Shown piece after piece: positions 4,701-9,841 of a DNA stretch of 9,841 nucleotides. The DNA lies in contig CDRNVI010000246.1 in the NCBI GenBank assembly GCA_977017575.1, positions 1-9,841 on the forward strand, given 5' to 3'. Made by a program: the position numbers and the translations under genes. Every line of letters starts with the position of its first letter. Position 1 is the first letter of the stretch. The DNA comes from Paramoeba atlantica (taxonomy: Eukaryota > Protista > Discosea). The notes beneath the pieces were generated by a model, which made no database searches, was not told where the DNA came from, and saw only the letters and a list, made by a program, of their open reading frames with translations.

Positions 4701-7700
4701 CTAATCTATATTATATAATTATTATTCAACTTTTTTAATTATATTTTATCTGCTTGAACACCATAGTTCGATAAAAAATAAATAAAAAGATGAATAAATA
4801 ACTAAAAAATAAAGATAGACAAGAACAAGAATAGTTTAGTTTAATTCCGTGTTAAATCCTCAATCCTTAAGTCGGATTTGTCACTCCATATACGATCAAA
4901 CTTTATTTACTTAAATTTTTACAAAGATAGTAAAATTAAAAGTATAAAGATGATCTAGCTCACCAGTTTTATTTAAATTAAAATCTTACACAATGATTTT
5001 ATATTTATAAACTACTCGCTTCCATCGACCCTCGACTTTGTTGAAGTTTAAGTTTTTGAGTTTACGATATTAAAGAGAAAAAAAATATTATTGCGCTCTA
5101 TTGGTGGGGCTTTCGTTAAATTATTAAAAGCTCAACGTCATTGTTCGCGTTTTACGTTACACTCCACAAGCTAAACAAGTGCGTTCTGCCTTAATAATCA
5201 CTACCCCTCACCAAAAGGTCGCAATAATATATGTTTTTAGCGTTTAAGATCTGGAGACCATTTTCAAAATAGAAAATGTCAATCGCTTTTTTCTTACGCA
5301 AGTACGTCAAAAAAATCGTTTTTCTCCATGAGCTAAAACGAGTTAGTTCGATCGGGTGTTTTTTGATGCTTTTTTTGGATCGCAGCTTCAACAAAAAAAA
5401 ATTTCCACTGCTGTTTTCCAACAAAGAAAATTATAAAAAAATAATTTTGTTGTTGTCAAATACGATCTTTTAAAATATAAAATTTTTTTTATCGTTATAA
5501 ATTTTATTCCAACATAAATTTGTTGGAAAAGTAACAGTAAAAAGTTGTTAATGAAAAAAAATAAATTCATTAACAACAACGTTGATGAAAAATAACAATC
5601 AACGCTGTTAAATTTCCAACAAAATAATGTCAGAAAAAAATTTCTGCCGAAATAATTTAGCTGATTAAATTTTTATCACGACAAAAATATTTTTTTGTTG
5701 ATCAATTAAATCGTTATTAACAAAAAAGTTATAACGCTGTTAATTTTCCAACATAAAAATTTTTTATCTCTCAAAAAATATTTTTTGATGTTCAAAGTTA
5801 TCGTTTGATAACAAAAAAGTTATAACGCTGTAACTTTTCCAACAAAAAAATTTTTTTTCGTGTTAAAAATTATTTTTGATCAATAAAAATTATTTTCGAT
5901 GTTCAAATTCATCGTTTGATAACAAAAAAGTTATAACGCTGTTAATTTTCCATCAAAAATTATTTTTTTTGCTTCAAAAATTTTTTTTAACATAAAAATT
6001 TATGATGATGATTACAAAACCAGTGTTGCAACTCAAAAAAGTTGTTTAACACTGTGAATTTTCCATCAACATCATAATTTTTATTTAAAAATTTTAATCA
6101 AAATCAATTTTATAAACATTTTTTGTAAAAAAATTAAAATTTTTACTGGAAAATTACGGTGAGATGCATAAAAATTAGATTTAAACATAAATTTATGCAA
6201 ACTACCGTTTAATTTCCAACAAAATTTAAATTTTTTTCATTCAAAAATAGATTTTTTTAATTTTTCGCTGACAAAATTGAAAAAAAATTGAATTTTCATT
6301 CAAAAAGTTGTAAAATTGAGTCTCAGGATGAAAAAGTGGAAAAAGACCACATTTTATCAATTCGACGCTAAATTAGCAAAAAATTTCAATTTCTACACCT
6401 AAATGACTGTAGAAATTGGTGTTTTCCTACAATTTTGTGGAAATCCCTGACAAACACTGCTAAATTTCCAACAAAAAGTCAATTTGCAGGTGCTGCCCGT
6501 GGATTTTCCAACAAAATACTAGCAAAACTACTCAAAATGCTATTTTTCCGGCAGAAAACCGTCAAAATCTGCTTTTTCTGGGCAGGAATGACAAAAACGG
6601 CCCAAAAAAGGCCCTGTCATTTTGCCCAAAAACGCAGTATTTTTTCCTGTTCTGGCCTGCAAATTAGCGGATGTCCAAGTGCCCCAAAAAAAGTGACTTG
6701 CACTCCGAGCCGACTCGAAAAGTCGTATTTTCCGGCAGAAACGAAAAAATATGCCACATTTTGTCCGACGATTATTTACAACTTTTTCTCGCATCCCATC
6801 ATAGCGATTTTGCGGATCTGCAGGTTGGGAGGGAGCCAACTGCATTTTTTGGCCGTTTTGAACCCGTTTTGTAAAAAATCGCATATATAAACTCCTTAAT
6901 TTCCCCTCAGAAATCTGCCACTTTTGGAGACCAAAAAGTGTTTTGCAGAATCTAAAGTGGAAAATAGGAGTTTTTTGACCCGATTTTGTGAACAAAACTG
7001 GCATCAAAAACTATTCCAAATGCTCCAATCCGAATTTCAGCTATTGAACACTAAAAATGCTGAAAATCGCTATTTCGCACTGGAATTCCGCCAAAACTCC
7101 TTTTCAATGCGTATTTTGGGCGAGAAAACCGTCGATTTTATAATTTTTAAACTTTTTTTTGTATAATTTATCATTTTTAGCGCGGATTTCTATAATTTCT
7201 CGCATAATTTATTAGTTTTATAGCGTTGTAGTTAAAATTTTCATAATTTTATCATCAAAGTCATCATTTTTCTATAATTTCAAACAAAATTATTAAAAAA
7301 AATGTTGTCTCAGACGAAAAAATTGCATGAAAGTTGTTAAACAACACTAAAACTAAAAAAATATCCCGCAGAAATTAAAAAACCGTGATAAAAATTTATA
7401 AATTCAAAAGAAAAATTTAAAAATCTTAAAAATTTATGATGAAATCATCTTCTTTGTACCAAAATCAGATGTAAACATCAAAAAATTTTTTTAAAATCAC
7501 TAGTTGAAACCATCGTCTATGGTTTCTTTTGTTAATGATCAATGTTTTCATTTCATTCATAACATTTTCACGTTAACTTCGTTCAACTAACTTGAATTTT
7601 ATTAAAATTATGATTCATAAAATAATTTTTTCATTGCTAAAAATAGAATCGCAATGGAAATTATTATGAAACAAGTTTTAATAATTCAAACTTAAGTTTG

Positions 7701-7823
7701 AACTCGAGTTATAAAATTTTATAAATTTAAATTATAATTTCAATCATTTCTATAATTAATTCAATAGAGAATTTATAATTATGAAACTATGAAACTATAT
7801 TTAATGATTTAAAATTTAATAAT

Positions 7824-7953
7824 CCCTGTATGTGTTCTTTATGTTTTCAATGTCTGATGATATGTTCGATATATCATCTTCTTTGTACCAAAATCAGATG
7901 TTGATTATCGTACATTCTTATTACATGAAAACAAAAAAGAACATACAACAGGG
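7824..7953 (-). ncRNA. Module A, inverted copy in unit 2 (strand uncertain)
   Basis: 7889-7932 is the exact reverse complement of 8097-8140. Basal stems ccctgt/acaggg, tgttcttt/aaagaaca and tgttttca/tgaaaaca; the outer two differ from unit 1. Confidence 0.5.
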
Positions 7954-8077
7954 AAATACTAAGATACTTTAATAACTATTATGTATATAAATTGATCGAA
8001 TATATAATTACAAAAATAATTTAAAATATTCAATAATATTAAATATATATAGTTATTAAAGTGATCTTGTATCCTAG

Positions 8078-8220
8078 TTCATGTCGATTCTTTTAGGTTT
8101 TCATGTAATAAGAATGTACGATAATCAACATCTGATTTTGACTCAAAGTAGAGTAATCATCGTTAAATATCAGTACAAAACTTATTACAAAGAAAACAAC
8201 TAATAAAGCATCGACATGAA
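8078..8220 (+). ncRNA. Module A hairpin, direct copy 1 in unit 2
   Basis: Same core. Basal stem ttcatgtcgat/atcgacatgaa (11 bp perfect), plus gttttc/gaaaac, tgtaataag/cttattaca and tgtac/gtaca. Confidence 0.55.
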
Positions 8221-8221
8221 A

Positions 8222-8291
8222 TTCTGCTAAGATTTCTACGAAATTCAAGCAGAAAATTACACTAAGATTTCCTATAGAAATTCAAGTGTAA
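8222..8291 (+). other. Two tandem module D hairpins (8222-8254, 8257-8291)
   Basis: Outer stems ttctgct/agcagaa and ttacact/agtgtaa. The AAG/TCA loop and atttc/gaaat inner stem are retained. Confidence 0.75.
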
Positions 8292-8440
8292 ACAAACATT
8301 AGTATTGCAAAAACAATCTATGTTTGTATTAAAAAAAACACATCTAGAACAATATAATATAAATCAATAAAAATATTTAATTACAAAAATAATATAAAAT
8401 ATAATTTATAAATTTATTATTAAAATGATCTAGATGAACA

Positions 8441-8583
8441 TATTCCTGGGTATTCTAATGTGGTTTTCATGTAATAAACATGTACGATAATCAACATCTG
8501 ATTTTGACTCAAAGTAGAGTAATCATCGTTAAATATCGTATAAAGTTTATTAATAATAAAACCACAAAGGAATCCAAGGAATA
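8441..8583 (+). ncRNA. Module A hairpin, direct copy 2 in unit 2
   Basis: Same core. Basal stems tattcct/aggaata, attc/gaat, tgtggtttt/aaaaccaca, taataaac/gtttatta and tgtacgata/tatcgtata (G.U). Confidence 0.55.
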
Positions 8584-8584
8584 A

Positions 8585-8654
8585 TTATGCTAAGATTTAT
8601 ACTAAATTCAAGCATAAGATTGCACTAAGATTTCCTTCAGAAATTCAAGTGCAA
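8585..8654 (+). other. Two tandem module D hairpins (8585-8617, 8620-8654)
   Basis: ttatgct-aag-attta-tac-taaat-tca-agcataa (inner C-G replaced by A-T) and ttgcact...agtgcaa. Confidence 0.75.
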
Positions 8655-8727
8655 ATATCCGCTCAACTTATAAAATATAAGTGGCGTCTATATATTTAAT
8701 CATTACAAAAATAATGAATTAAATAGA

Positions 8728-8762
8728 TCATGATAAGATTTTTTACAAAAATTCAATCATGA
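8728..8762 (+). other. Module D hairpin
   Basis: tcatgat-aag-attttt-tac-aaaaat-tca-atcatga. The inner stem is changed on both arms relative to 4074-4106. Confidence 0.7.
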
Positions 8763-9265
8763 AGCATACACTATAGTGTATGCAAATTATTACAAAAATA
8801 ATAATTTTAAAATTTTTTCTTCGAAATTCAAAGAAGAATTTATTCGAAAAAAATATAAATTTTAATGTTTACGTGTTTAACTACAACTTAAATTTATATA
8901 TATTTCGTTAAATTAAGAGAATAATTAAACGAAACTGTTACTCGGCAAAAATAAGGGAATTTTTGAGTAACAGACCGTTCAAATTGAAAACAAAAAAACA
9001 ATTTGCACGGCAATTCTTGGGGTTTTTACGCCTCACGGCTTCGTGATTGGACTAAAGAGCAGGAGCGAGAGCAAGAAAGTTTGCAGGGGTAGTTGAGTTA
9101 GCTATTCCCGGTGGTAGCTAACCTCGATTCCTTAGTCTTTAGTTGTGATAATTTGGGATAGCGAAGTAAAATTTTTAAAGTTCGCTATCGACAATTATTG
9201 TTCTCTTTCATCTTTTGGCGTGCATTGCTAATTGATCCCAATAGACAATCACATTCAGAAATGAT

Positions 9266-9841
9266 CGTTGCTATCCCTATATGTATGTAAAATATCATAC
9301 ATAAGAATCAATAAGATCTATTTCGTCTCCTCTTTTTTCTTTTAAAATAGCAGGACTAATCTATATTATATAGTTATTATTCAACTTTTTTAATTATATT
9401 TTATCTGCTTGAACACCATAGTTCGATAAAAAATAAATAAAAAGATGAATAAATAACTAAAAAATAAAGATAGACAAGAACAAGAATAGTTTAGTTTAAT
9501 TCCGTGTTAAATCCTCAATCCTTAAGTCGGATTTGTCACTCCATATACGATCAAACTTTATTTACTTAAATTTTTACAAAGATAGTAAAATTAAAAGTAT
9601 AAAGATGATCTAGCTCACCAGTTTTATTTAAATTAAAATCTTACACAATGATTTTATATTTATAAACTACTCGCTTCCATCGACCCTCGACTTTGTTGAA
9701 GTTTGAGTGTTTGAGTTTACGATATTAAAGAGAAAAAAAATATTATTGCGCTCTATTGGTGGGGCTTTCGTTAAATTATTAAAAGCTCAACGTCATTGTT
9801 CGCGTTTTACGTTACACTCCACAAGCTAAACAAGTGCGTTC
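9266..9841. repeat. Tandem repeat unit, copy 3 (partial, runs off window)
   Basis: Matches 1..577 with a net 1-bp deletion and a few substitutions (e.g. 9331-9355, 9704-9710). Confidence 0.97.

Larger units (their letters stand above)
4610..9265. repeat. Tandem repeat unit, copy 2 (4656 bp)
   Basis: Colinear with copy 1. Only scattered substitutions outside ~7720-8755, which is strongly diverged and accounts for most of the length difference. Confidence 0.98.

Noticed and set aside
1-9841. Possibility that the tandem duplication is an assembly or read-concatemer artefact
   Set aside because: The copies differ by a restructured 1-kb cassette and by compensatory substitutions, which sequencing error would not produce. 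Spanning long reads are still the definitive test.
1-9841. Standard RNA genes (18S/28S/5.8S/5S rRNA, tRNA, U1-U6, SL RNA)
   Set aside because: By eye I found none of their universally conserved motifs on either strand. Highly diverged versions cannot be excluded without Infernal or tRNAscan-SE.

Overview
This window is very AT-rich, apparently non-coding DNA, probably eukaryotic (inference). It is a head-to-tail tandem array of a ~4.6-kb unit: copy 1 = 1..4609, copy 2 = 4610..9265 (4656 bp), copy 3 = 9266..9841 (partial). I see no credible protein gene and no recognisable rRNA, tRNA, snRNA or CRISPR array. In copy-1 coordinates each unit contains: (i) a degenerate ~90-115 bp subrepeat ladder (~790-1910); (ii) a tract of A/T runs phased at ~10 bp (~1920-2545); (iii) a ~1-kb hypervariable cassette (~3113-4100) that is strongly diverged between copies although the flanks are nearly identical; (iv) a stem-rich domain (~4247 through the unit junction to ~5370) with compensatory base changes between copies. 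The cassette is the key observation. It consists almost entirely of hairpins whose sequence changes while pairing is kept: ~110-145 nt long hairpins with a near-invariant 26-nt core and unrelated basal stems, 33-35 nt hairpins with a fixed AAG/TCA internal loop and covarying stems, and CAAAAA-loop hairpins. Best working hypothesis: a tandemly amplified, modular, structured non-coding RNA locus (pri-miRNA/hairpin-RNA cluster-like or spacer/ETS-like), or a ssDNA-hairpin element, that I cannot assign to a known family. All pairings were derived by eye; no folding or database search was run.
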